Positions 1 through 12,379 of a DNA stretch of 64,000 bases are shown piece after piece; position 1 is the first letter of the stretch, and every line of letters starts with the position of its first letter. The notes under the pieces were generated by a model that saw only the letters and a program-made list of their open reading frames with translations, ran no database searches and was not told the DNA's origin. The translations under genes and the position numbers were made by a program. The stretch comes from Lama glama (taxonomy: Eukaryota): the NCBI GenBank assembly GCA_028534125.1, contig CM052817.1, positions 81,408,001 through 81,472,000 on the forward strand, read 5' to 3'.

Positions 1-125
1 TATACAGCATTCACTATTTTTATAGATTATATTTCCTTTAAAGTTATTATAGAACAATGGCTATATTTCCCTGTGCTGTACAATACATCCCTGTGACTTA
101 TCTATTTTATACATAGTAGTTTGTA
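1..125 (-). mobile_element. LINE-1 3' UTR fragment (runs off the window start)
   Basis: 'ggctatatttccctgtgctgtacaatacatccctgtgacttatctattttatacatagtagtttgta' is the antisense of the typical laurasiatherian L1 3' UTR; it resembles the L1 ends at 27018-27370 and 46396-46584. Confidence 0.8.
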
Positions 126-2444
126 ACAAAGTAATTCTTTAAGTAGTTATCACTGGCAGTTTTTCAGATTATGGCACAAAATTAAAGAACTCTGTTTATT
201 ATACAAAAGCATTCAGCCTATTTGATATATGCTCTGTTAACAGGGTGACTCAGCCTCTGTTTCACATATTTCAGATATACCTTACATTTGATTTTCAGCA
301 TTTACCACCGATTCTCAGAAGTGGCAGCCTGGTGAGTTCATGCATGTCAAAGGCAGCAGCAGCAGGCCAGGGCGCAACCTGACTGGTACAGCAAGTACCT
401 GGGAGGATCAGCAAGCTTGAAGTTCCACTGACTACTACCAAGACCAGAAGTTGGCTATACCTAGCCTCTCATAGCAAGCTGAGTTTTGTTTTCTTAGCTA
501 CTATCCTGCACTCTGTCCTTGAAAGGGAGGGGTTAGTTTGCATCTGGAAAGAGTCCGGAAAAGGGTTAATGCTGGCCATCTTTCAGATTTCCCCACAAAT
601 TTAAAGAACTCTGTTCATTACTAATGCATTTCACACACTATGAAACATGACCATGGCAGAAGCTGGAAATAAATATGAAGGTCTACCAAACCCGTTCCAG
701 ATTATTTGAATACTACTATTAATAACAGAGCTTTGTTTAACAAACATGCACAAGTCATGTTAGTTACGTTCACTGGGCTTGATGTGGTCCTCGACTGTAG
801 AAAGTCTTTGATTGACATGGGAAGCATCATGATAGGAACATCCAGCTGTGGCTGCCCTCTTAAAAGACCCTTTTTAAAAGAATGCTTATGTAAGCCTTAC
901 ATTTTAAAAGTACTGTGGCCAGCTGTGTTTGTTCCTGTTCTTGAAGACAAGCCCTAAAAATAGGTTTTGCTTATAAAATGTGTAAGGTATAGGCCTTTCC
1001 TTCAAAGAATTAAACAAACTCCAAAATAAGATTTATTTTGCAGAATTCCCAGCCAAGGGGAATACAGACTCACTAGCTGTGGTTATTGAGTAGCTGGTTA
1101 CAATGCTCCACCTTATTCTACAGGCTCTTAGAGCCAAAACTCTCAAAATTACATCGACAGTACACGGGATAGTATGAATCTGAAATTCACATCCTTGTCT
1201 GCCTCTCAAATACAGCAAGGAATTTAAAGAAGCCAAGTGGGAGTCTCTGAAATATGTCCCTCCAGTGGATTCTCATAATTCCATTTTCCTATCTTTTCTT
1301 CTGTAAGCCCATGCCCAGCCACAGTGTCATCATTATCCTTTCATTGAATCTCTCATCCTGATAAAGGTCATTAGTGAAGTATTCTCTGAACCTCATTTTA
1401 AATATCTGAGAACAGTTGAAGCTGAATTAGCAATGTTACATTTCTGACTCTTATGTTATAGGGTCATATGTAAAAATAGCAATAATTACATATAATTATA
1501 GTGACTTGAAACTAATGCTAAACATCATTTATCAAAGCAGACTTTCCCAGCTGTATTATGTCCACTATGCATTCTTTGACCAGATTTCTTAATCAGTCTG
1601 TTGATTTGCAGCACATAGTTATTAACTTGATAGATTCCAAGGTAAGTGAGTATTTTATTTATTGTCTTCAGTGTCTCTGCTCTTCTGGAATCTTACCTTA
1701 TTTTTTCTTTTACCTTATTTTTTCTGTTACCTGCTAGGTCATCCTACCTTGGTATTAGCACCCTCTGGGAGGTAGGTTGTATTCATTTGGTAGATAAATA
1801 TTATATACTAGAAAGCATAAAAATAAACTGAACAAAGTGTCTTTGGGAGTAACTCATCTTAGAGGACCTTTTCCTAAGGTCACAGAGGTTTCCTGGGACT
1901 CCCACACTTCCCAGCCCCACGTGTGACCAGGGAACTCGCTCACGTTGCTCTGTGGGGGCAGTGAAGGCAGAGACAATCATGCCACATAGCACCAAGAGAC
2001 CTATGGCAGGGCGTTCAGCTTCTCAGAAAGCTTGTTTTGTTTTTCTGCATCAGGCTAGATGTCAAGTGACCTCCCTGAGGAAATTGATAATTTCCTTACT
2101 CCTCAATTTTAGCTAGGTTCTTATCAGCACTCTTCAGTTAGCCTAAAATGTGATCCTTCCTTTAGATCATTCTTTATATTTCTATTTAATTTTGATTAAG
2201 CCCCCCTCTGTTAAAAATTCTTCTGACAGGAAAATGTAAAATCCCAAGTCTGGAAGTGAGTTGGTTGAGGTGCCCCATATGCAAAGGCTTCTAATTATGA
2301 AACATGGTGAGCACCTGATCAGAGATGATTGCTGTGCTAGAAACATCCTGAAAATACCATCCAAAATTATTTTCTGAAAGGTACCCACACTCCTGAAAAA
2401 GGAAGCAAGGTTTTTGTGCCTTTCTTCCAACTTTTATTGCTACC

Positions 2445-2968
2445 TGTCCAAGCTAGGTGGAACAGAGATGCCCCCAAGGAACCCTACCTACTGAAGTTTA
2501 CACCCTTAAGCAGTTGCCTCACACCATTCCTGGCCTGGGCTTCACATTAACCAGTGGTTCTTGCATCAACCAATGGAACGAGACAGAAGTGATGTTATAG
2601 TCACTCCAGGGCTAGATCTGAAGAGGACTAGCGGTTTCTCTCAAGCCTGGGAATGCTCATCTTTGGGAATCACTCTTGAAGAAGTCTGGCTACCCTGCTG
2701 AAGGAGACCACGTGGAGAGGCCTTGAGGTCATATGGAGATGCAGAGGTGCAGAGGGGCCCAGCCAGCCCAGCATCCTCGTTGGGCCCCCTGATGATTCCA
2801 GCCCCAGCCACCATTCACTGAAAGCTCGTGAAGAACCCCAGGTGAGCTCAGTGGAAGAACTGTCCAGCTGAGCCCAGTCAAACCACAGAACCATAAGAGA
2901 TGTCAAAATGATTACTATTTTAAGCCTCTAAGTTATGGAGTCATTGTTATATAGTAATAACTAAAACA
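2445..2968 (+). mobile_element. MaLR solo LTR (MLT1 family, probably the MLT1F-H group)
   Basis: TG...CA termini with a perfect 5-bp TSD CTACC (2440-2444 and 2969-2973); MLT1-type 3' end 'ttttaagcctctaagttatggagtcattgttatatagtaataactaaaaca'. Confidence 0.9.
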
Positions 2969-4072
2969 CTACCTGATGGAAATAAGAAATCTCGTAATGT
3001 TTTGCAAGTATTACATGTAATTCCTCTGTCCCTCTCCTCATCTAGTCTCTCAGACAATGGAAACAGTTCTGAAGAACTGAAATATTATTTATCCCATCCT
3101 AGTTTTCTCTGGGACATACACTGTCCATTTGAGAAACAATTAGAGAAGTGAGACAGAAGGTAAGTGAACTTTTTAAAATCATATAGACTGAAGGAGAATT
3201 TATATTAATTTCCAAGTGTCTTTTCTCTCCACTGCATATTTCTTATCATATTAGAAACCTTTAATCAACAGGAACATCTCTGATTCTAGCCTGTCAGACA
3301 GCTATATGATACTTCCCCACATAAAAAGCATCTGGCCCTAGCATACTGCCTTATAATAAATGAGAATCAGAAGCTGCCTTCTCAATTTACCAACATTGTC
3401 TTGTATGTAACTAGGATGGTGTGTCAGGGGTAAGCTAAATCAGAAGCACATTATCTCCGTAATGTTGATTTTAATTTCTGAATTTCTGGAGTTCGACTAC
3501 TTCAAAATTTCAAAAGAATAGAACATTTTTGTTTAGCATTAATCTTAAATAATAAAAGCTTTTGTTTCATGACGGTTTCTTTTTGTATACAGGGTTCTAT
3601 ATTTGCAAAGAACACATTATACAGAAACTTATTCAGATAAAAGATCTAAATGTTGAATGATTCAGGTGAATAAGCTCATTAATAATTCATTCAAAATTTT
3701 ATTTTTAATACTAGACTATATTATAAAGAGGCAAAATAGTTTACCCAAGGAGCATACCTTTATGTGAGAAACCCATCAAATTTAATGTTATAATAAAAAA
3801 AGGATAATAAAACTAAATATTTTTTAAGCAAATCAGGTAGACTAAGGGCCCAGAGGAGGTGGGAAGAGAAGTGATCAACTTTATACTGGGAGAGGTACAC
3901 TTTGAAAAGGAGAAGTAATCCTTTTTTTTAAGAGTTCACATGGAAGAAAGAAAGGGAGTATGGTTTGGAGACATTTTGAGAGGGAGGGTATCTGAGAAAC
4001 AGCGTAGTCTATGAAGTAAAATCATGGTTGGAACATTAGGAGGTTCAAGGCTTTAGGGAAGCAGAGTTTTGG

Positions 4073-4146
4073 TCCAGCCACTACATATAGCTGCATAGGC
4101 TGTTCACTGCACAACTGCAGGTGACACCGTTCAAATGGACTGTGAC
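4073..4146. mobile_element. Half of a palindromic hAT-Tip100 MITE (MER91-like)
   Basis: 'tagctgcataggctgttcactgcacaactgcaggtgacaccgttcaaatggac' resembles the left arm of MER91 as I recall it; the right arm is absent. Confidence 0.5.
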
Positions 4147-4182
4147 ACACTCAACACGGATCAGACTGTATCAAGGGAGTGA

Positions 4183-4720
4183 GTGCAGTTAGAGATTGTG
4201 TTTAAGCACACGTAACAGAATCCACATCCAACTGTTTGATACTTAAGGGCTTATCTCTCTTGTGTAATATAAGCTAATGGCATGGCTTATCTAGAGGTCA
4301 ACAGTACTCAGGAATCCCCCTTCTAGTTTTTCTCTGTCTTCCTAAGTATGTATTTTTTATTTTCATTGTCACCTCATGGTAGGATTACCTTGTCCTTGTT
4401 TTAAAACTGAAAGTCACACATCTGAGAAACCTCCTAAGTTCCTGGTAAACCAAGTCAGTTGGTCACCCTAGTGATCTCAAGATGACATTCCTCCTCCAGA
4501 TTCTCGTATCCACTGGGGACAAGAAAAAGATAAGAAGGAAGTAGACAATAAAAAAATGGGTGGCACCTATATCAGGAAGGTATAACCTACCCAGTAATTC
4601 TCATTACACATCTAATTTACCAGAACCACAGAAGGTAGGCTGAACACGTTGCTGCTCTGAAAAAAAAAGAAAAAAAACAGGGTGCTGTTGGTAAGAAGTA
4701 AAGGAAGTTCATTTGGAAGA
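4183..4720 (-). mobile_element. Old MaLR LTR (MLT1J/K/L-like), degraded
   Basis: It starts 'tgcagttagagattgtgtttaagcacacgtaacagaa...acttaagggcttatctctcttgtgtaa', the antisense of an old MLT1 3' end; boundaries are approximate. Confidence 0.55.
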
Positions 4721-6267
4721 CAATTAGCAGTATCTGCATAATTTTGTGACCTCTAGGAATGTTCAGCATCTCTGAAGCAGGAATGAAACAAGCAGACAAG
4801 GAGGGCAAACCAGGGCTGGGAATTACCAAAGAAAAATATCAAAAGGTTAAGGAAACACATTATTTTGGCATATGCATGTCATTATTGAAATGGCTCATTC
4901 CATAGTGCATACTGGGGAAGAAGTTCAATAAAGCTAGGAAGGATGTCACCTACTAAGAAAAATGATAGAAGACTAGAAATTTAGACTACTGTATCAAGAT
5001 TCTTTTTAAATCCTAAGGAAAAAAAATGATATGAGAAAGTCAAAATAACTTCTTTCATTTTCTTGGTATCAGATTATTTCCCCTCAGATGAATATTTACC
5101 AAGTAGTTCTGTTTTACTTTAACATTCTGAACTTTAAGAAGGAACTTTTTACTTAAATCTGTCTAAAATTGTAATATTTCTGTTACACTGATAATAAATC
5201 AATAAAGGCATTAACAATGAAAATATAATATAAAAACAGGTGGTGAGTTGATAACTGAAATTTTTTTTTAATTTTATTTTAATGCAGATGCACATGAAAA
5301 GTTAAGCTAAGCATGTTAATGTCCCATGACAATTGAATAAATCATGGCTTAAAAAGCAACGCCATCTATCTGTAAATTATCAGTGACTACAGAATTGAGA
5401 TCACCTCTAAGTTAGACAACATTTAATTTCATATTATATGTATTTATTCAGACAAGGGCAAAGAAGATACAGAATAGATAATCTATATATATATAATTAT
5501 TTCTGAGTCAAGACACAGTAAACATAAAATGATCAATTTCTCAGATGGAGAATCCCCCCCACCCCTCCAACAAGAGAGCTTTTAAAAGTTCACATTGGAG
5601 ATTCTACATGTTTGCGTAAAGAAGGTCAAGAAATTCACTGACGATGTCACAAGAATTTGGGATGAAGACAATAGTAAGGTAACCTTCCTAGGCACCTAAG
5701 AAAGCAATTGCCAGTCCGTGCGCCGTTGGTATATTCTGGTTTGCAGTCTGCTAAGGCAGGTAACTCTTGCTTCTTGACCGAGGAAACAAGATTTCCCAGA
5801 TTTGGGCTCCATTTCCTGCACTGACGTAGATAAACTTTACCCCCAAAAGATTTTTTACTTCCCTGTGCCGAGGAGGAAAAGCCACAAAAACAGAGAAATC
5901 AAGCAGTAATAGGGTAAAGCAAATATTACCTGCAGAAGTGGCTGCTTAACCGTGAGAAACTGATTATGGATTGAAGCCTGCGTGCGCTTGAATGGACACA
6001 ATAATCCTGGAAACTTCAACTTCTTCAAAGGAAACCAAATCTATATATAATTTTTATTGAATTAAAATTAATTTTAAAATATTTTATTTCTCTGAAACAA
6101 TTCTTTCTTTTGATTTAGAGAGTAAAAAACAAATATCAAATGTTGATAAAAAGTCTCCTTTTTTAGGACATTTGTCAAAAAAGGCTCTGTAGTGAAGGGA
6201 AAAGCATTTGAAGGTGAACATGCTTTTTGCCTCTATACCAGTTTCTTGTGGAGTATTAGATTCTGAG

Positions 6268-6685
6268 TGTGTCAGTTATCTGTTGCTACATCACACACCA
6301 TAATGTAACTGGTGACTTAAACAGATTTATTATTTCTCACAATTCTCTGGATGGACTGGGTGGGTCCTCTGCTGTTCTCCCCTGGGCTCCCTCATTTAGT
6401 TGTATTCAGCTGGCTTCACTCCCATGTTTAGGTTACCAGCTAGATTGGCTGCAAAGAATGAGATGGCCTTCTCCCCATGCTTCTTAACAGCAGGTTGGCC
6501 TTGGAGTTCTGTGAGAGAGAAGGCAGAATCTGGAAAACCTCTTGAGGCCTTGCTCTTGGACTCACCCAGTGTCACTTCTGCTACATTTTATAGGTCAAAG
6601 AAATTCACAAAGACAGATGCAGGCAGAGGGGAAAGACTCTACCTTCAGATGAAGTGAGGTGCAAAATATTATGGTCATGTTTTTA
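6268..6685 (-). mobile_element. MaLR LTR (MLT1H/I/J-like)
   Basis: 'tgtgtcagttatctgttgctac...gacttaaacagatttattatttctcacaattctctgg' and 'gtgtcacttctgctacattttataggtcaaag' are antisense MLT1 hallmarks. Confidence 0.8.
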
Positions 6686-7943
6686 AGTACTGCAAATGGA
6701 AGTGTTTGAGAATTTGGCAAGTGACGTAAATTCTCCACCAGAAGAAAGAAAAATGCACACACACACAAAGTCTGTTAATTCTAAAGGAATAATGCCCTTC
6801 TCTGTCACAGGACTCCAGATTAAGAAACTAAAAAACTGATTAAAACAGCTTCCCCTAAATTCAGTGGGCCATTTAACATGAAAACACAAGAGTACAGTCA
6901 AAAGATAAAAAAAAAGTCCATCTGCACTGATATTTTTCTCAGTTTGGGGTTTTGTATTTATAAAAAATTACATTTTCACTCAAAATAACAGGACTTTGAG
7001 GCATTAAGGCTCAGAAAATGTGAATATCATAGTTGAACAGAAACTGATAATGTTTGACTTTAAATGGAATATTACTTATATAAATTACTACATAACAAAA
7101 GACAGTATTCTGTTTTCCAGTTCTATACATCTAGTTCAATGTTCTGATTTTAATCAACTTGTAATTCTATCGCTAATTACATTTTTTCAATCTAAGGAAG
7201 TTAAAAACAACTTATTTTTATCTTCTTTAGTTGTTGGTTGTTGAACCCTAAAATAGCAAAGTGAAGTAGAATTTTTGCCTAGTATTAGTTTTTGCTTAGT
7301 TTTAGTTAATTATTAAAAAATTAACTAGTGTGTGTTGAAAGGTTCATCAACATGAACATTTTTCAACAATAATTTCACACTTACTGTCATCAGCAATAGC
7401 TGATTTCTTATTTAACATGTATTTCTTATTTAATATAACCTTTGTAATGTTAACAAGTATTATAATCCTTGGTAGTTTGATTTGGCTAATTTCCAATTAA
7501 AATGAATAAAGAATATGTACTTTTTCTACTTGTATTTGTTTATATATAGTCATTATTTGCTTCCAGAATAATTTAGAAATGTTACATAAGTAAGTACCTG
7601 GCATTTCAGTCTATAATCTGTAATTGATAAGATAAAAACAAGACTTTCGGATAGGTACACAGGTTACATAAAGGAAATGCTCACACAGTTCCTGAAATTC
7701 AGGAGGAACAAGGTGCTGTTATTTGATAACAAGAACTGGAGGCTGGGGAGAGGAAAATATTTTAATCAAGTTATGCTCTCAGATCGAGGCAGAAATGATT
7801 ACTGAAAAATTCACATGGGGAGGTTACATCAGAACCAAAGTCCACAAATTACACACAAAATAAAAATGAGAAATCACAGTTGAAGCCTCACAACAGAACT
7901 ACACTCAAGTGATAGTTTTTAGGTAGAATTTTTTTTAATACTA

Positions 7944-8310
7944 AGAGATTGAAGTAGAGAAGGTTTTAATGCACTATTGTTGCTTTTGGAGATGAACAGG
8001 ACCATGTGCAAGGATAGGAGAAGGGCTGCAAGGAGCTGACAGTGACTCCTGGCCAACTACCAACAAAGAAATAGGGATCTTAGTGCAAGGAAATCAGTTC
8101 TGCCAACAACAAGCATGAGCCTGGAAGAGGACCATAAGTTCCAGATGAAAACATAGCCAGCTGACATCTTGATTTTAACCTGAATACTTGGAACCTGCTT
8201 GAACCTGCCTGGACTACTGATGTACAGAATCTGTGAGATAATAAGTGGACACTGTTTTAAGCACCCAAGTTTATGGTCATTTCGCTTTGCAGCAATAGAA
8301 AACTAATATA
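7944..8310 (+). mobile_element. MaLR LTR (MLT1E-like), 5'-truncated, joined to its internal sequence
   Basis: It ends 'tgttttaagcacccaagtttatggtcatttcgctttgcagcaatagaaaactaatata' and is immediately followed by the MLT1-int start. Confidence 0.85.
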
Positions 8311-9311
8311 GATTTTGATACCAAGAATGCTACTGTAACAAATACCCAAAAATGTGGAAGGGATTTTGAAATCAGGCAATGAGCTGAGGCTGTTAGAACG
8401 GTGAGGAACATGACAGCAAAAGCCTAGACTGCTTTGAAAAGACTGTTGGTAGAAATACGAACACGAAAGACGCTACTGGTGAGAGCTCAGAAGGAAGTGC
8501 GGAAGGTGATAGTGGGAACTGGAGGAAGGGAGATGCTTGTGATGTAGTAGCGCGAAGTTTAGGAAAATTGTTCCCTGCCATTATTTAGAAAGCAGAACTT
8601 GTAAATAATAAATTTGGATACTGAATTGAGATTGTCAAATAAAAAGGAACCAGGACATGCTGATTTAGGAAATCCTCAGCCTATAGAGATGGCAAAAGAT
8701 GCTAACATTAAGAGGTTACTCCTGAAAGGGTGGCACAGAGTAAAACCTGTGGGTGTGGCCATACAATCTTTTTCTGCAACCCTGCAAAGATCAAAAAGTC
8801 AGGGTATTCAATCACCAGAGATGAAAGGTGTGTTTCATAATCTCCATCAAACCAGAAAACCTCTAAGAAGCTTATTGGCAGTGTTCTTTAGCCATCTTAG
8901 CTGAAGCCAAAAATAGAAAAGGAATTACCTCAGAAAAAAATCTGTGTGGGAGCCTTTTGTCTAATGGAGTGAACCCCCAGAAATCTACATAAAGACACGA
9001 GGTACTCGGGACTATTTGATCAGCAGGAGAACTGCCAGCTGAGACTGAAAGGGACAGAAAGAATATGGAATAAAAGGAGACTCTCAGCACCCCCATGTTC
9101 TCCTGGCAGGAAGCAGGGGCTGGTAAGACGACTCAGCTACAAATAGGATCTATCTGTCATGGAAAAGAAGGCCGGCTCAGAACTGAGATCCCCGAGGGCA
9201 GACAGGAAAGTCACAGAGGGTATTCCCAGGTCTTGAAGCCTAGTGCAGTCGTCCGAGCAAGATTTTAAACTGACTCCGTTTTCCCCATTTTGGGGCCAGA
9301 GTGTTTATAAC
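8311..9311 (+). mobile_element. MaLR internal region (MLT1-int)
   Basis: It begins 'gattttgataccaagaatgctactgtaacaaatacccaaaaatgtggaag...aaagcctagactgc', the characteristic MLT1-int 5' sequence; no intact ORF. Confidence 0.85.
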
Positions 9312-9715
9312 TGTGTTAGTTTCTATAGCCATGTAACAAATTACCACGAATGTAGTAACTTAAAACAACACAAACTTGTCGTCTCCCAGTTCTCTGGGTC
9401 AGGTGTTGGGTACGGTACGCTCATCTGGTTTTGCTTCTGAGAGTCTCACAAAGACAAAATTAAGATGTAAGCCAGACTGGACTCTTATGTTGAGGCTCTG
9501 AGGAAGAATCTGCTTTTGAGCTCCTTTAGGTTGTTGGCTGAATTCAGTCCTTTGCAGGCCCTCGTTTCCTTGCTAGCTGTCCACCAGAGGCCCAGTCTTA
9601 TCTCCTAAAGACCGCCCACATTCCTTTGTATACGACCCCCTCCTTCTTCAGAGCCAGCAAAGACACATCAAATCCTCCTTGTGCTTTAAATCTCTCTGAT
9701 TTCGTCTCTTTGATT
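9312..9715 (-). mobile_element. MaLR LTR (MLT1D/E2-like), partial
   Basis: 'tgtgttagtttctatagccatgtaacaaattaccac...ttaaaacaacacaaa' is the antisense of an MLT1 3' end. Confidence 0.85.
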
Positions 9716-10433
9716 TCGAATTTTGTCCCGGTGTTTGAGTGTATGAGCCCATTTTAATTGCAAGCAATCAAAAGCATTCAGTACCTCAATGATACACATG
9801 AAATATGCCCCTTTAGTTGCAGTCAGGAGCACAGGCCAACATCTCTGCTGGAAACACCCTTTGAGTTATGGGTCTGTTCCCACAGACACACTGTTTACAT
9901 TTATTGAATGTTATCTGAAGAGCATTGATGAAATAAAATGCCATATATTAAGTTGGATTCTATTTTATTGGCCATTTGGGTAAAACTGTTGGATTCTCTG
10001 AGCGTGAAGGCTTATCAGAAGAGTAAACTAGAAACCCAGATAGCAGGTTTCTAATTCTAATCTTGGGCAAATCAAGTAAGTTATTGGATTCATTTTTCAT
10101 CATAGGATTTTTTTCATAATAAAAGCCTTAGAAAAAATATGAGTAAATAAAGGCAAAGCACCGTATTATTAGTAGTTATTCTTTCCCTAACACTGCTGCT
10201 GCCGTAGCCGTCTCTGAGTTAACAGCAGTTTCCACATTTTTTAGAGATGTCTTTTGTGATTTCCCCACTTGTGTCCCCTGTCCCTCCTGTTACGTACTGA
10301 ACATACACCACCTGCAGTTCCCTGGATTTTTTCCTCTGCCCTAACCTGCAATTTCATCATTTTTTCACCCTTTAGATACCAGATCACTAAACCTCTGACA
10401 CTTCACTTAATATTAGGTACTCGTCTCTGTACT

Positions 10434-10822
10434 TTTTATAGACTAATTGTGTCTCCTCCCTCTCCCTAATTTCATATGTTGACGTTTTCATCCCCATGTG
10501 ACCTTACTTAAAAATAGGGCCTTTTGGGAAGCAATTAAGGTTCAGTGGGGTTGTAAGGTGAGGCCTTAATCCAATAGGACTGGTGTCCACATAAGAAGAG
10601 GAAGAGACACCAGGGGTGTCTATGAACAGAAGAAAGGCCATGCGAGGACGCAGTGAGAAGGCAGCTGTGTCCATAAGGCAAGGAGAGAGATCTCACTGGG
10701 AACCAACGTTGCCGGCACCCTGATCCTGGACTTCCAGCCTCCACAACCATGAGAATGTACTTTTCTGTTGTTGAAAGCCTGTTCTGTGGAGTTCTGTTGT
10801 AGCAGCCCAGCAGTCTGACACA
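10434..10822 (+). mobile_element. MaLR solo LTR (MLT1B-like)
   Basis: 'aatccaataggactggtgtcc..ataagaagagg', 'ggcaccctgatcctggacttccagcctccacaaccatgaga' and a terminal 'gcagccc..ctgacaca'. Confidence 0.9.
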
Positions 10823-10939
10823 GCCCGCGGAGTTTCCTGTGCATAGCTCATCAGTTTTTGTTTTCTTTTTCAATAGTAAATCCAAAACTAAACAACAGCA
10901 ACAATATCCACTCATTAGCACACCTAAGGTGTGCTATTG

Positions 10940-11480
10940 TGAAGGTGCAATTACTGGCTTGTGTCCTTAACTCCAAATTTCTGGAAATATTAGGGCAGTT
11001 TCAGTGTTTCTTACCTCCAGTTTCTTACCTCCCATTTTCTCTGAAACATCTAGTCATCCAGCCTCTACCTTCACAACCCTTCCAAAACCATTTCTGGTTA
11101 TGTCGTTAATGACCTGCTAATGAGCCACTCCTCACTCCTCATTTAATCAGTCTTACCATGTCAGAAAGACATGGTTGAACTGTCCCTTATTTCCGACTTG
11201 GTTTATCTCACAAACCTTTGACTATCTCTTCTAGTCTTCTTTTGCTGGTTCATTTTCATCCATGTTTCCCTTAAAGGTGGACATACCCCAGAGTTCCAGC
11301 CATTGTCCTCGTCTCTTTTCACATGTTCTCGTTCGCACCTTCAACTTCTGCTCCTGTCTATGTGTGAAGGACCCCCCAGGTGGGTATGCCCCGTCCTGCC
11401 TGTCTTCTCTGCACCATGCTCTCCACTTGGATTTCACACAGGATTTCGAATTCAATATGTTCCAAATAGAATGCCAATAA
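10940..11480 (+). mobile_element. L2 (LINE-2) fragment
   Basis: Pyrimidine-rich degraded L2 ORF2 features, e.g. 'atctccacttggatttc..ttcaatatgttccaaatagaa'-like sequence near 11420-11475. Confidence 0.5.
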
Positions 11481-12379
11481 CAATGTTAAAATAGAGGAAA
11501 TTACGCACTGAGAAAATCGAAGGGAGATAATGTAGACCTTAGAGTAAATATTTTTCCAGTGCAACTTTGCTGAAGATAAGGAAAGCTAAACAAAAGGCAG
11601 CAAAGCCCTCCGGCCTGCAGTTCTGAGGAAGAGGCGGGTGGATTGGATGATTTTAAGTGTAAGTGATCTCTAGATTTTATATTCTGTTTATCAGGGGCAG
11701 AACTAAAATTATGAAACCCTATATTATGGAGACAGGTTAGAGAGACACCCTTAGGTGTTTTCAAGTAAACAGTAAGGTAACTTGTTTCTATCAGTCACTT
11801 ACGTATGCTTTTTTCCTCCAGATCATTTCTGTCCGGTCTTAAGTTTCTTTGTCTCAGAAAACCTTCACACTTTTAATAATTCCTAAAGCAGCTAAAGAAC
11901 TGTGTTTATATAGATTGTATCTGCAGATACTTACTATATTGGAAATTAAAACAGGGTATATAAATACATTATGTTTAAATAACAACCATAAACCCATTAC
12001 ATTTAAATATAAATAACACAATTTTATAAAAAATAAGTATATTTTCCAAAAAAAATTTGTGATAGAGGTCAATGTTTTGTATTTTGCAAATGTCTTTAAT
12101 GTTTAGTTTTATAAAAGCAGCTGGACTGTCCTATGTGCCTATGCATGTACTCTTATGATATGCTGGTGTTGGTTGTAGTATGTAAAAATAATCTAGCCTC
12201 CCACAAATATGTAATGGGAAAAGAGAAAGTATTTTAAGAGCTTTTTCGGATGTTTAATATTCTCTTTTATAGTATACCAAAACTCAGCAAATGGTAACGA
12301 CTTAAAGCTTTATTTTGAGTATGGAGTCTGAATCCTCATCAATGAACTTTTCGTTCTCTGTTATAATAATTTTAATTGG

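Noticed and set aside
1040..2060. Possible ERVL internal or LTR16/33-like remnants
   Set aside because: The resemblance is too vague to call a family or boundaries without a profile search.
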